From: Octopus vulgaris
Lineage: Eukaryota
NCBI GenBank assembly: GCA_951406725.2
Contig: OX597818.1
Span: forward strand, 24,304,001-24,368,000
DNA: 64,000 nt
Direction: 5' to 3'
In this document: positions 26,011 to 39,295 of the stretch, in pieces
Position numbering within the stretch: position 1 is the first letter of the stretch
How the letters are laid out: each line of letters starts with the position of its first letter
The notes under the pieces: model-generated
Databases searched by the model: none
Seen by the model: only the letters and a program-made list of their open reading frames with translations
Told to the model about the DNA's origin: nothing
Translations under genes and position numbers: made by a program

Positions 26011-26813
26011 TTCACAGATTTGAGAAGCTACTAGTTGACTAGTCTGAAAAGTGGTGATGTACATATATCTGTTGATCTCAGCCTGTTAGATGGTTGTCAG
26101 TAGAAGTAAACTACCAATTTGTGGATTTACATTTGAAGCACTATCAATATAACAACATATGGTATCCACTACAAAGTATTACTGACTCAAGAAGCTAACA
26201 TGGCAATTTATAGTTACTAGTATTACAAAAATAACAACAAAAACATCTGTTTGTGTGAATAATTGCATTATCTATTAACCACATTTGTGTTTTAGTTATT
26301 GTATAGGTTTTATTACCAGAACATTCAATCAAAAAAATCTACAACCATCTTCAGAAGTCAACTTTGTTACATACTAATAGAAATAAAGTGAAAAACAAGA
26401 AACAAAAAAAAAAAAAAGCAAATGGGAAATGAAGAATAAAACAAAAATTTCAAGTGATAAATTGATATATGTGGAAGTCAACAATAGTGGTAGCATCTTT
26501 GAAACTGTAAACCAAAATGATTAGATAGCCAAGATATATTTTTATAAAGAGACTTAAGTTCTCTTCATTTTCTTTAATCTTCTGAAGTATTATAAACTAG
26601 TAGTGGTTTCTGAAGAAAATTTTTCCAAATGAAAGTAATAAAGCATAAGAACACAGGAAAATAATTTTCTCATTTCATGCTAAACATTTCAGAATTATAC
26701 TATATATAATATTTATTTTATGATGGTTAATAAAATGTGTGTGTGTGTGTGTGCATATATATGCATATGCGTGTGTGTGTGTGCATGTGCACATCTACTC
26801 GTGATATTTTTAG

Positions 26814-27640
26814 TTATTACCAAAATACAATATGAAGTAGTATTTGAATAACCAGCTAATTGTTGTCTTCTGTTGTAATAGAGGTGATACTATCCCCCAA
26901 ATCTTCAGATTAAGTTATAAGAAATTCTACAACTACATTAAAACAAATTTGCATACAGGCATGAGCATAGATGTGTGGTAAGAGGCTAGTTTCACAATCA
27001 CATGGTTCTGGGTTCAGTCCCATTGCATGGCACCTTGGGCAAGTGTCTTTTACTATAACCTCAGGCCAACCAAAGCCTTGTGAGTGAGTTTGGTAGACAA
27101 AAACTGAAAGAAACCCATTGTGTGTGTGTGTGTATCTATGTGTGTGTGTCTGTGTTTGCCCCCCCCCCCCATCATTACTTGACAACCAATGTTAGTGTGC
27201 TTACATTCCTGTAGCCTAGCAGTTCGGCAAAAGAGACCGATAGAATAAGTACTAGGCTTACAAAGAATCAGTCCTGGGGTTGATTTGTTCAACTAAAAAA
27301 CCTTTAAGGCAGTATTCCAGCATGGCTTGCAATCAAATGACTGAAACAAGTAAAAGAATAAAAAAGAATATCAATGTTAAATCCTGTCTCATTATTTATG
27401 AACTCAAGGAATCTAAACGAAAAATGAAGCCAAAACTGGTTGAGAACTAAGCTTCATGAATCTATGGCAGAGTGGAACCTTAACTGATCTTGTAAAAAAA
27501 AAAATTACTAATGATGCACATCCTTTTCATATTTCATATTTCTCCATAATATATTTACAATCACTCAATAAAATTTTCTCTGCTTCTTACTATTGCCATA
27601 AAACTAGGATCTTATTTATATTTCATACTGTGAACAATAT
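26814..27640 (+). pseudogene. Decayed paralog (copy 2) of the 11291 prepropeptide exon, split by a SINE
   Basis: TTTTAG|TTATTACCAAAATACAATATGAAGTAGTATTTGAATAACCAG vs copy 1 CAG|TTCTTACCAAAATACAACATGAAGCAGTATTTGAGCAACCAG; stop at codon 3 and a frameshift; homology resumes at ~27368 (ATATCAA...TCTCAT...GAACTCAAGGAA; ACTGATCTTGT; CACATCC). Confidence 0.75.
26957..27368 (+). mobile_element. tRNA-derived SINE (OK-like) inserted in the copy-2 exon
   Basis: TGTGTGGTAAGA head, GGTTCAGTCCCA B-box, TGACTGAAACAAGTAAAAGAATA tail. Confidence 0.8.
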
Positions 27641-27649
27641 GATCTTAGG

Positions 27650-28660
27650 TTACAGGTTTATCACTGCATGTAATATAGCAAGAGTAACAAAGAAGTATTT
27701 GTGCACTTGGGTGACCATAAACCCTTGCAACTTCTGCACTGCATGAAGGAATTGGCTCAAAATGCACCTGCTGATAGTGCTTTATTGAAACAACTATTTT
27801 TTTCCTGGTTGCCCTCTAATGTCCAAGCCATCCTAGCCTCTATGGTGGAGATGACTCCCATTGAGCAAATAGCCTCCACAGTCAACAGAATCACAGAGTA
27901 TACACCACCAAGCTGACCCCAGTACCACTGCATACCTCTGCACACCCACCAGTAGTGTCAGTTTCCACTGATAAGGACCTTGCCTTGGCTGCTATCCTAA
28001 AGGCAATAGCTGAATTAATGAGAGGAGGGCAGCTCCTTCGCACTTCCAGGCCACGTTCACCCAGACAGCATTCTTTTGATCGCTCCTTCTCGCCTCACCG
28101 TCACTTGTCCACTGCTCAATCATCCATATGCTTGTACCATGCCAAGTTTGGAGCTTCAGAACATAAATGTACACAACGCTGTACTTTTTCTCACCAGGAA
28201 AATGACCAGCCAGAGAATTGAGCACAGCACATTCTCTGAAGCAGCCAGCAGCCAACAGTGCATTTTTCATAACAGACCGGATATCCCACACCCGCTTGTA
28301 GATACAGGTGCTGCCTGCATTATCTGACCATTAAAACACCTCACGGATAGACTACTGTTATCCCCTGTGACTCTACAGGCAGTGAACAATTCACCAATTC
28401 CAACTTTCGGCCAGATATCTTGCATGATGTAACTTCAAGTGGATTTTTAGGGTTGCAGATCTCTCTCACCCAATATTAGGTGCAGACGTTTTGCACCACT
28501 TCCACCAGCTTGTGGACAAATGTACTCAGCACTTATGGGACATGGCCACAGAACTTTCTATCCAGGTAAAAGGGCACTAACCCCTGCGGTTAGTTCAGTC
28601 TTTTTCATTGTTGCCACAGACGACCCATACAATGCACTCTTAAACTCATATCCAGAGCCG
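27650..28660 (+). mobile_element. Gypsy LTR retrotransposon gag-protease remnant
   Basis: LGDHKPLQLL..M...LF...LPSNVQAILA gag; CLYHAKFG...HKCTQRC knuckle; LVDTGA protease; PILGAD. Confidence 0.8.
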
Positions 28661-29242
28661 ACTGTATAGAAGTTAATTGAAAAAGTATCTACTTACAATT
28701 TCTATCTTACTTCAAATTTTTTTCTTTTCTTCAAAACAAATTTGGGATAAATAAAAGCTGGAGTTCACTTATTTTCATGTTGTAGAATTAAACATTACTT
28801 TAGTAACATATATAAATGATGGCAATCTGCAGGTTGCAAAGATTTCTATTTTCATCTTTGAAAATGTAACGAGATTCCTGCCACTAATTGTACAAATAAC
28901 AGTTTTTACAAATTTCCAACATTTTCTAATCACACATCTCCACAAATTCTTTAACACTCTCAGCCTCTTCTTAAAATTTCAATAATGCCAAAATAAATGT
29001 AATTTTCTTTAAAGATATACACTTTTATTTTTTCTACTAGCTCTGCATGGCTTCAGCCTCAATGGCAAAAACAAGTTGAATTTGAACTTTGGCTAAGTAC
29101 TAAATACCTTCAAAGAATACTATTGGTTCTGCACTAATAGTAATAAGCATCACTCATGTAGTCATTCAATAAAATATAAGCCGCCTCTTTAATTTTAATT
29201 ATGGCTTGCTTTATGAATGTGGGAAATTGAGTAAACTGATAG

Positions 29243-29317
29243 ATTATTATTAATGTAAAATTAATGACATAATTTTATAAAATAAAATTATGTCATTAAT
29301 TTTACATTAATAATAAT
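29243..29317. repeat. AT-rich perfect palindrome (36-bp arms, 3-nt loop)
   Basis: ATTATTATTAATGTAAAATTAATGACATAATTTTAT-AAA-reverse complement. Confidence 0.9.
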
Positions 29318-29334
29318 AATTAATAACAAGCAAG

Positions 29335-29625
29335 TTGTCAAGTGGTGTTGGGATAAGCACATACACATATAGTTGTACGCACGTACGTATGGACATACAT
29401 ACATACATACATACATACATACATACAAACAAACATACAAACAAACAAATAAGTAAATAAATAAACAAACATATATAATGGGTATATTTCAGCTTCTACC
29501 TACCAAATACACTCACAAGTCACTTTGCTTGGCCTGGGGATGTAGTAGAGGACACTTGCCCAAGTTGCTACACTGTGGGACTGAACTCAGAACCAAGTGG
29601 TTGGGAAGCAAACTTCTTACTACTC
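29335..29625 (-). mobile_element. SINE (OK-like), partial
   Basis: GACACTTGCCCAAG...GTGGGACTGAAC...TTGGGAAGCAAACTTCTTAC. Confidence 0.7.
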
Positions 29626-29978
29626 AGTATTTTTTCCAACTGAAATGTCATGTTAATAAAATCATACATAGCAATACATGAAAAATTGTTGTTGTTTTAT
29701 GTTGAATAATTCAGTAATTATTACAGAAATAAATATTTTGGATGCTTAATTACAAAATATGGATTACAGTAAATTGTTAATAGAAGGCAAAATGAATGGG
29801 AAAAGTGCAAGTAGAAACCCAAGAATTACAATGGTGAATATATAAGGACAACACAAAAAAGATCCAGATGGCATTCAAGTTATTCAACTTGCTGATAGCA
29901 AATGATATCTGATTGTGATGACTGAAATATAATATTTAATAACAGTCAATAAAACAATGTTTTTTGTAATATTTTCAG

Positions 29979-30440
29979 TTCTAATCAAAATATGAAGCCT
30001 TATTTCAGCAGGTAGTTAATAATTTTTACATTCTGTTGTATTGGAATAATACTGGCTGGAGGAACTTGGAAAGGGAACCATGAAAATATTGACAAGAATT
30101 TAGCATTATTGATTGCCAGCGCTAAAGTAGCATCATGAGATAATACATTTGTGGTACCATCAAGTAGATATCAATGTCAAATGAACATCTTATTCCTTAA
30201 AACTCAAAACTAAATTTTTCATTGGACTCCAGGTATAACCTTCGATGAGGTATATGGGAGAAATTAGAACTATTAAGTAACTGCCAACATTGGATAACTC
30301 TGTATTTCTATTGATTCTTACAATGACACATAATTGTTGCATTTCCCATTTCTACATAAAAATAATTTTACAACAGCTCTATAAAACTGTGCCTGACTAA
30401 TATGATGGTTGTAAAATCAGGAACTTGTTTATTTATCACA
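29979..30440 (+). pseudogene. Decayed paralog (copy 3) of the 11291 prepropeptide exon
   Basis: TTTTCAG|TTCTAATCAAAATATG; MKPYFSR*LIIFTFCCIGIILA and S*DNTFVVPSSRYQ align to MKQYLSNQLIIVAFCFIGVTLS and SQNYAFMSQSNGYQ; upstream intron (29640) and 3' UTR (CATAAAA...AGCTCTAT.AAA) are also homologous. Confidence 0.75.
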
Positions 30441-30684
30441 TTTTGTGCCGAATAGCATCCAATAAGACAATCGCTAGTTCATTACATTTACGATAGTGAG
30501 AGTGTCAAGGGAGCACTGTGCAACTTTGGTGGTATAAATACTAAGGATATTTTCAGGCAAAAGCACCACTTTATTGGTTTTCTTGTTGATACTTAAGAAT
30601 AAGATCATAACAATGGTAGTATCAGTAGACTAAATATGGAAAGTAACAATTTAGATTTCTATCCAAAATAAAAATCCCTGTATG

Positions 30685-30720
<36 letters not shown>

Positions 30721-31039
30721 GGAGTGGAGTGTGTGTGTGTGAGTGTGCATGTACTTAATGGATAGTATAGTGCTGTGAAAAAGAGAGATTCGTCATTATT
30801 CAGTACAGTGAATAGAAAAAAGAATTAGGATAGAGACGAGCGATAGATGAATAAGAAACAGAGAGATGATAGACAGCAAAATGACTGACATGAAATGAAA
30901 GACCAAGATGAGTGACAGTGGAAGGGATGCTAGAGGGATGAGTGAGAAAGAGATGAGAGGGAGAGAAATGAGTGGTTGAGATGAATGATAGAGAGGTAAG
31001 AGGTATGATAGATAGGTAAGTAGAGCAGGCAGCAGATAC

Positions 31040-31790
31040 AGACTCAATGGGGATATATTGGGTGAGAGACCCGAAATATAGATATATTAGATCTCCCAAC
31101 CTTCGGTACCATCACTATTTCAACATTCATTTCTCTATGCTTGTATGGTTGGATAGATCCTCTCCAGCAGTAAATGTTGCCAATCATCATACCTATTTTT
31201 AATACCTCCTCCAAGATGCTTAGTATACTGAAATCAGTCTTCACTCCATCATCCCAAGTCTTCCTGGGACTCCCTCTTCTACAGGTTCCATCCACTTTAA
31301 GCATTCCACACTTCTTCATGTAACTGTTATCTTCCATACACACCATATGCAGTCTTCTGCCTTGCCCACTACCATGCGGCATGACATTTTATAAACAAGC
31401 TCCATACAGTCTTACCTTTAACTTGAGACAGAAACTGTTTGTTACCAGTAGAGACAGTAGCACCCTGAACTTCCTCTAATCTGTTCTTCTGGCTACTAAC
31501 TTTTAAAGCACCCACCTCCACCACAAACTAGGTTGCAAAACTTTAATATTTCTCTGATTTGAGGGAATTAGCAAAATATTTTGAGAGAATTTATTTCACA
31601 TGTGCTCCTAGTGCTTACTACTCTTGAGAATTTACCACCAATAAAATCTACCTTCCCCATTAGTCTGCCTCTGATTCCACAACACCTTTTGTGTGTCCAT
31701 TAGTTTACACTGAGCACACTTATTGGAATTTCTACCTCCTCCTTTTCTGCAAATTCAGCACTTCATAGATTATATTTTTATGATAAAAAT
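31040..31790 (-). mobile_element. RTE LINE RT 3' fragment, decayed
   Basis: ORF 31044-31382 (MKKCGMLKVDGTCRRGSPRKTWDD) matches the C-terminus of the 57044 ORF. Confidence 0.75.
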
Positions 31791-31834
31791 ATAATCTTTT
31801 TAGTTTTATTTTTCACAAGTTTCTGAGTGAATGG

Positions 31835-32260
31835 AAGCAGACATGGCTGTGTGGTTAAGAAGTTTGCTTCTCAACTGCATGGTTTCAAATTCAGTCCCAC
31901 TGAGTGGCATCTTGAATAAGCATTTTTCTACTATGGGCCTGGACCAACAACCAAAGCCTTGCAAGTGAAGTTGGTAGACAGAATTTGAAAGAAGCTCATT
32001 GTGTGTGTGTGTGTGTGTGCATTACTATCTTTTTGTCTTGATTTCACATGACTCTTACAAACAAGCATTATTATCATAGAAATCATGTCCTTTATTTTCA
32101 TTCTTCCATGAAAGTATATCTAGCAATGTGGAAATATTACCTTACTTGAAAACTGAAGATTTTTGACAGGAAGGGCATCCAGCTGTAGAAAATCTGCCTC
32201 AACAACCTCTGTCTAACTCATGTGAGCATAGAAAAGCGGACATTAAAATGGTGACAATGT
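31835..32260 (+). mobile_element. SINE with RTE-type tail
   Basis: Paralog of 11740-12170. Confidence 0.75.
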
Positions 32261-32894
32261 TTCTGTAAATTCACCACATTTTGTCAAATTCCTAAAATAA
32301 GCATTATCTTAAGTCTATAATAATACATAAATTGAAAGAGAGGTCTATTTTCCAGTGAAAACAACTAAACCAAGGTACTGCATATTGTAAAAGACACTAA
32401 ATACAGGGCTTGTGAATCACAATCAATTCAAGTATTCTTTAAGAACAATTAAGCTATGAAAAATAATTTTGAATACTCCTGCCTGTCATCTACTTTCTCC
32501 ATAATCCCCAACTCAAGTAAGGAAAAAAATCTATAAAGATAACATTGTACTGAAAGAAAAAATACTCATTTTAGGACCTTATTATTGTACATGATGGTAG
32601 TGATAGTGAATTAGAGAGTTCCAAAATTCAGTGAGATCCTAATAAATACTTGGTCTTAATAGATTATATAAGAGTAAGTCTGTCTGATGAAACTCATCCT
32701 ACACCAAGCTTTAAACTGTAGTAGGATGGTAACTGATAGAACACTAATGAACAATTCTTTGATCAGCTTCTTTTACTTAATAGATCTACTTGAACAAATC
32801 TGACAGAGTTACTTAGCAATAGCAAGTTCCAATTAACTGAGAAAAATTTGTGAATTATACTGCACTTTTCTCAAACCTCTTGACCGATCAATAC

Positions 32895-33268
32895 ACATGG
32901 CACTCCATCGGTTATGACGACGAGGGTTCCAGTTGATCCGACCGGCAGAACAGCCTGCTTGTGAAATTAATGTGCAAGTGGCTGAGCACTCCACAGACAT
33001 ATGCAGTTCTTGGGGGGATTCAGTGTGATACTGAGTGTGACAAAGCTGGCCCTTTGAAATACAGGTACAAGAGAAACAGGAAGAAAGAGTGAGAGAAAGT
33101 TGTGGTGAATGAGTACAGCAGGGTTTGTCCCCACCCCCTGCCAGAGCTTTGTGGAGCTTTTGGGGTTTTCACTCAATAAACACTAACAATGCCTGGTCTG
33201 GGAATTAAAACTGCGATCCTACGACCGCGAGTCTGCTGCCCTAACCACTGGCCAGTGCACCTCCACAT
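32895..33268 (-). mobile_element. tRNA-derived SINE, third family
   Basis: Reverse complement head GTGGAGGTGCACTGGCCAGTGGTTAGGGCAGCAGACTCGCGGTCGTAGGATCGC. Confidence 0.75.
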
Positions 33269-33721
33269 GGTTCAGTATAGAAGTTAAATGAAAGACTATC
33301 TATTTTACAATTTCTATTATACTTTAGGAATCTTCCTTTTTTTTTCCCAAACAGATTTATGATTAATCAAAGTTGGAGGTCTCTTATTTTCTTGTGGTAG
33401 GGTTAATTATGAATTAAGTGGCAATCATAGCAAACTACAGACTGCAAAGATGTCCACCATCTTTCTTGAAAATTAGACTTTCTAGTGAATGAAATTCCTG
33501 CAACCAACTACAACATTGTTGGTAAATATGATATTGTTCAACAGTTTCTAATCACATCTCCAAATATCCCTTTAATTCCTTTAACACATTCAGCTTTTCT
33601 AAATATTTCAGTTTTTAATGAAAAAAAAGGCATCAGAGGGGTGATGAATACCCTGTGTGCAGATAAATTTTTTTCACAAATCATAGCATCTTATCCCATG
33701 CTTTTTAATTGAACTGAATTA

Positions 33722-34265
33722 ATTTTTTTTTAAGTATCATCATTATAAGTAGTTATACTCTGGTGAAATTAAGAAATCAACTTGTAAATAAATGAAACTC
33801 TCGAATCCATCACTGTACACACACGCACCCACACACAGAGTTGCATATCTACGTATGTATTTATGTATGCATGTATCCACACATGTCTATATGCACAGGT
33901 ACACTATGATCTATACACAAGCAGACAGGGGTCAAATCATATGATAAAGAAAATGAACAAAACAATATGACCACTTGCTTATTCAGAAATTTGTGAGTTC
34001 AATTTATTTATTTTTTTTAAGTATCATCATTATAGGCGAAATTAAGAAATCAACTCATAAATAAACAAAACACTCTAATCCATCACTGTATACACACACA
34101 GAGTTGCATATCTGTGTATGTATGTACGTATGTGTGTATGTATGTACCTACTTGTGTCTACACACATAGGTACACCATGAAGATGAGGGTTGATTCATAT
34201 AAAAAAGAAAGTGAACAAAATAATATTACCACTTGCTTATCAGGAAATTTGTGAGTTCGAATAAA
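33722..34265. repeat. Diverged tandem duplication (~290-bp period)
   Basis: TTTTTTTAAGTATCATCATTATA...GAAATTAAGAAATCAAC...ACCACTTGCTTAT...GAAATTTGTGAGTTC occurs at ~33724 and ~34012. Confidence 0.8.
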
Positions 34266-34955
34266 AAAAATTTTTTCCTTTCTTAAACAATCAAACCAAA
34301 TGTTCATTTTGAGCCACTCATCCAATGAGTATTTCTGCCAAATGTGGTGAAAATTTGTTCAGCTGTTTTCTAGTAATTTTGCAAACACAGACAAACAAAG
34401 ACGAGTGATTACAATACCCTGCTTTCGCAGGATATGCGTGTGTGTGTGTGTTGGTGCCATGTAAAAAGCACCTAGTACATTCTGTAAAGTGGTAAGCATT
34501 AGGCAGGGCATCCAACTGTAGTAACCAAGCAAAAACAGACTATGGAACCCGGTGTGGATCCTGACCTTGTAAGTTCCAGTCAAACTGTTCATGAGGTTAG
34601 AAGTAGGAGTAGGGGTAAATTTGAAATCTTTCAATGAAAGATTAATTTCATTTTTGTTGAAGTTTCTTTTCAACATATTTATAATTTTAAGGTGTATATC
34701 TTCTATGGGTTTATTTAAATTGCTTGTTTCACTGGATCTGAGGCCCAGTTGTAGTATTTTCAAACAAAAAAAATGGAGTTGTAATATTGCATCCCCATTT
34801 CATGTTTCTGGAGTTCTTCTTGCTTTTCAGTAGGTGAAAAAATATTGCACATTCTCTGTTTGCATTACAGTGTCTGCCTCCTTTCCATCCACGTGTGTAT
34901 CGTTGGTGATTTTTCTTCCTCCATCTTCCTTTCTTTGGATCTTTCCTTTTCCAAT

Positions 34956-34990
34956 GTTTCTGATGAAGAGCTCTGCTCGAAAAGTTAAAT
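34956..34990 (+). ncRNA. Minimal hammerhead motif in a Penelope-like terminal repeat (34830-35095)
   Basis: GTTT-CTGATGA-AGAGC TCT GCTC-GAAA-AGTTA-AAT; intact core boxes. Confidence 0.5.
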
Positions 34991-35086
34991 CCTCCTTCTT
35001 TCTTTCCCTTCCTGAGCGTCTAATACCACTATACTTGTTCCACATCCTCGCATTGTTGTTTTCTCTTTGTGTTTTCATGTTTGGAT

Positions 35087-35155
<69 letters not shown>

Positions 35156-35161
<6 letters not shown>

Positions 35162-35615
35162 GTAAAACGTGAAAAAACTACAGAAGGCTTGTTTTAAAAG
35201 GTTAAAAAATATATATTTGAGTCAATATGTCTGAAGAATGTTATAAATTTTTTTCATACAATGACATAGTTTTTGAAGAAACATTCTTCATTGAAAAATA
35301 CAAGCCCAAACTTAACCATTCCAACATACTTATACAGAGAAATTCACTCCAAAAGAAAGGCAAGAAAGTTTAAGCGATTATCTCCCTTACACCAGAAGAA
35401 ATCACTTATTACCTCCCCTTATCTGGAACTCTTCTCAACGTAAACATAACGATGTAAGAAATTTGAAAAGCTGAACGTGAAACTGGTCATTTCTTCAAAA
35501 ACTATGTCATTGTATGAAAAATATTTATAACATTCTTCAGACATATTGACTCAAATATATATTTTTTAACCTTTTAAAACAAGCCTTCTGTAGTTTTTTC
35601 ACTTTTTACTATTTT
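35156..35615. repeat. Long inverted repeat: 126-bp arms (35156-35281, 35490-35615), ~208-bp spacer, flanked by (TA)n
   Basis: Arms are complementary except for ~3 positions. Confidence 0.9.
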
Positions 35616-35653
35616 CTATATATTCAACCATGTGCTTTCACACACCAACTTTC

Positions 35654-35703
<50 letters not shown>

Positions 35704-35765
35704 ATATATACATACATATATATATACACACATTATATATACATTATATATACATACATAAACAA

Positions 35766-35834
<69 letters not shown>

Positions 35835-35865
35835 TGTATATGTATGTATGCATATATATATATGT

Positions 35866-35898
<33 letters not shown>

Positions 35899-36388
35899 CA
35901 TATATATATATATCATCAAAAAAAATGATGATATATATTTATATATATATGTGTGTGTGTGTGTGCATGTACATATATATATATATGCATACATACATAT
36001 ATTCAAATCCTCTGTGTGTTAACAAGGGACTCCTAATGATAAAATAAACTTCATTTAATAAAATACCCTTGGCTTAAAGAGTAGCCCCTGGTATACACCT
36101 CAGCTGTATATTTACCACTTCCAAGATTCTGTGTGCTATGAAACATATGTAACCCGGATTTTATCTACTTCATTCTTTAACTCTTGGATTTTTATTCACA
36201 TACCTGCAACCCTGGTTGCCAACTGTGAAATATAAAATAATTTTTTTCAGCATATCGCACTTTGATATGGGAAAACTTCACAACCTTCCACCCCAGAAAA
36301 TCACAATTGTTCCTGACGGTCGTTGTTTTATCTTTTCCACAAACTGCTTGAAGCTCACTTTCTTCCTACACCTTGATCCTTGGATCTT

Positions 36389-36578
36389 GTGCCAGTGGCA
36401 TATAAAAGCATCTGTTACACTCTTGGAGTGGTTAGCATTAGGAAGGGCATTGAGCTGTAGAAACCATGACAAATCAGACTGGAGTCTGGTGCAGCCCCTC
36501 AGCTTATCAACCCTAGTCAAATCATTCAACTCATACCAGCATGGACACTGGACATTAAAAGATGATGATGATGATGAT
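36389..36578 (+). mobile_element. RTE/SINE 3' tail fragment
   Basis: GGAGTGGTTAGCATTAGGAAGGGCAT...(GAT)n. Confidence 0.75.
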
Positions 36579-37089
36579 TCCCAAAATCACAGAAGAACCC
36601 CAAAACTACAAGCCTATAACTTGTTTACTAGTAACATACACAAGCTTTAGGTTTATGCTCTGCAATAGGCTAGCTGTTCACCTGAAAAACAATAGCATCA
36701 TAACAGAGGACGATAAAAGGTACCGTTAAAGGCTGTATGGGTGTAAAACAAATAACTGCTAGTGATTCAGGCTATTATAGACAACAATAAAAATAGGCAA
36801 AATAAAACCTCAGCATAGAATGAATTGATTCCTGAAAAGCATTTGATAGTGTACTACAGTACTGTGTTATTACAGATAGTTCATGAAGATAAAGCAGTTC
36901 CGATACTTACACAGTATATCAACCATTTCATGTGAAAATAGAAACCAGTATTGATGCAGATCAAAGAAAAGGTTATGAAAATCAACCATATATGAAGTGA
37001 AATTCATTCAGAGTACATTTTTATCTCCTCTAGTTTCGTGCCTCATTTTGACTCATCAAAAAATCTAATGAATAAAACTAGCAATAGTC

Positions 37090-39170
37090 ATGCTACAAAT
37101 AAACTATAAATCATCTCCTTTATATAAATTTAGAAAACTATCCACAAGAGACTAAAAACTGTTAATGAATTCAATCAAAATATAAAAACAAAAATGGCCA
37201 AAGTTACTATATGAAGAGGTAAATTAACTGAAACTGAAAACATTAAATTAGATCCAGAAACTGAAATCAGAGAATTAGAACAATCCCATCCATACAAATA
37301 TTTCAGAGTAGTTGAAACTGATAGGATAAAACATATAGAATGAAAGAGAACGGGGGGAATGAGTGCTACAGAAGAGACAGGCTGATATTGTTTCCAATTA
37401 GGATACAAGACCAGCAATTTTTTGAAGGAGGGAAAGTTAGTCAATTATATCAATCCCCAATATTTGACTGGTGCATTGTTTTACAGACCCTAAAAGAATC
37501 CAAAGAGCCAAAAGAAATATCACAAGGCATTTTGTCCAATGCTCTAATGATTCTCCCAATCTACCTCCTTTAGCTTAGGCTAATATTGGCTTCAAATTTT
37601 GGCACACAGTCAGCAAGTTTGGGGGAGAGGATGAACTGATTACATCATCAGTGTTCAACTGGTACTTATTTTATCAACCCTCAAAGTATGAAAGGCAAAC
37701 TCAGCCTTGGTGGAATTTGAACTCAGTATGTAAAGATAGAAAAAACACCACTAAGCATTTTGCCTGGTGCACTAACAATTCTGGCAGTTCACTGCCTTCA
37801 GGTCAGAATAATATCAAAAACTAAATTCAATGCCAGAAATAAGATAGTATAAACACACTCCACAGTTCAGGTTCAAATGATAGCTTCAACATAATAAATT
37901 GGAAGTTAAATGGAATGAAGAGTTTAGATCAGGCCTGACAAACTCAAATTACATTGTGGGCCACTTTAATCACAGGAAGTTTTTTGAGGGCCGCTTGTAT
38001 ACTTTATGCACTAATAGTCAAATAATCAAATTACAGAATCGAGAATTTTTCATACTTTTCATTTGTTTAAAATTATAAAATTGTAGGCTATTGCTTTATT
38101 GCCATTTATAAATTCTAAATTTATCTTGAAACAAATGTTTTACACAAACAATTTTATTTTGAAATTAGACACAACACTTCAAGAAAGTATGAAGCATGCC
38201 GCAAGATAAAAGTCTGTAGGCTGCATGCAGCCTGCAGGCCTCAGATTAATGAGCCCTGGTTTAGATAAACAAACTAAGAATCATCTCATAATATTCTGAA
38301 GCCACTACCCTGAAGTTGATGCAGATAAAAACATAGCTACTTCACAGAGAGAGAACAAAAGGAATGGTACAAATTGACAGCCAGTACAAAGTAACAACAA
38401 CTGAGGTAGAAAAATATCAAGCCGCAAGCAAATGGAAACAAATTAATGTGATAAACAAACAGGAAGGAAACAAAAAATTAATTCTCTATAAATAAGGAAA
38501 CAAAAAAATTACAAACCAGAAACCAACTACACTGGGGAGGAGACAGATTTAGATAAGGACAAAACAACAGAAAGAGAGAGTAGGAAGAAAAACCTCTTCA
38601 TGGCCAATACCCTGCACTGACCCAACAAAGATGATGTAGATCAGAGTAAAAGCTGACAACAGCTATAAGGGTCTGAACTAAAAGTAAAAATGACATGTTT
38701 GGTGTACAGGGTCAATACCTAGTCAGAAATAACTATGGAAAATGAAATATTGGCTAACATAAGTCAGTGGGACATCTGATAACATAATTTTTGTGAAAAT
38801 CAGTATATTCCTTGATATAGTTGTGTCAACAGCAATGTCCAGTGGACAAAAACAAAACCAAATACAGTACATAACAATAATTTGGCTACAATTATCTAGA
38901 ACATATAGGCTCAACTTAACCAGGGGATTAGGGTGAACTGCCCAAGGATAATTATCAAGGATTACAATGAAAATATCTACATTCTGAAAAACATGACCAA
39001 AAGGTTGTTTAGAAGGAAGTTGAGGCACAATCAAAGTCCAAGGAACTTGAAGTGGAAATAATGTAGGGTAAGAAAGTAAAACAGTACTAATAAGAACTGG
39101 AACAGTTAGTTGTGATAAAGAATATCAACATAAGCAGGTGCAGCCAATAACCCACACCCTACACAAAACA
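37090..39170 (+). mobile_element. R4/Dong-like (RLE-type) non-LTR retrotransposon remnant with nested SINE and MITE
   Basis: Broken frames INHLLY; IRELEQSHPYKY; KFNARNKI; SFNIINW; YPEVDADK; KPLHGQY..DVDQSKS. Confidence 0.7.
37930..38258. mobile_element. hAT MITE
   Basis: CAGG...CCTG ends; perfect 8-bp TSD GTTTAGAT at 37922 and 38259; removal rejoins the host LINE frame (KSLD-KQTK). Confidence 0.8.
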
Positions 39171-39295
39171 TTTTCAGTTCAGTAAGGTAACTTGTGCAGT
39201 ACCATTTCTGCACAACTCAAACAAAAACTTGAAACAATTATCACTTCATAAAATAACACAACACATACTATGCAGAATCATAACACAAATATATA

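Noticed and set aside
26832-30213. Rescue of the premature TAG/TGA stops in copies 2 and 3 by A-to-I editing (to Trp)
   Set aside because: Both copies also have frameshifts and copy 2 has a SINE insertion; editing cannot restore them.
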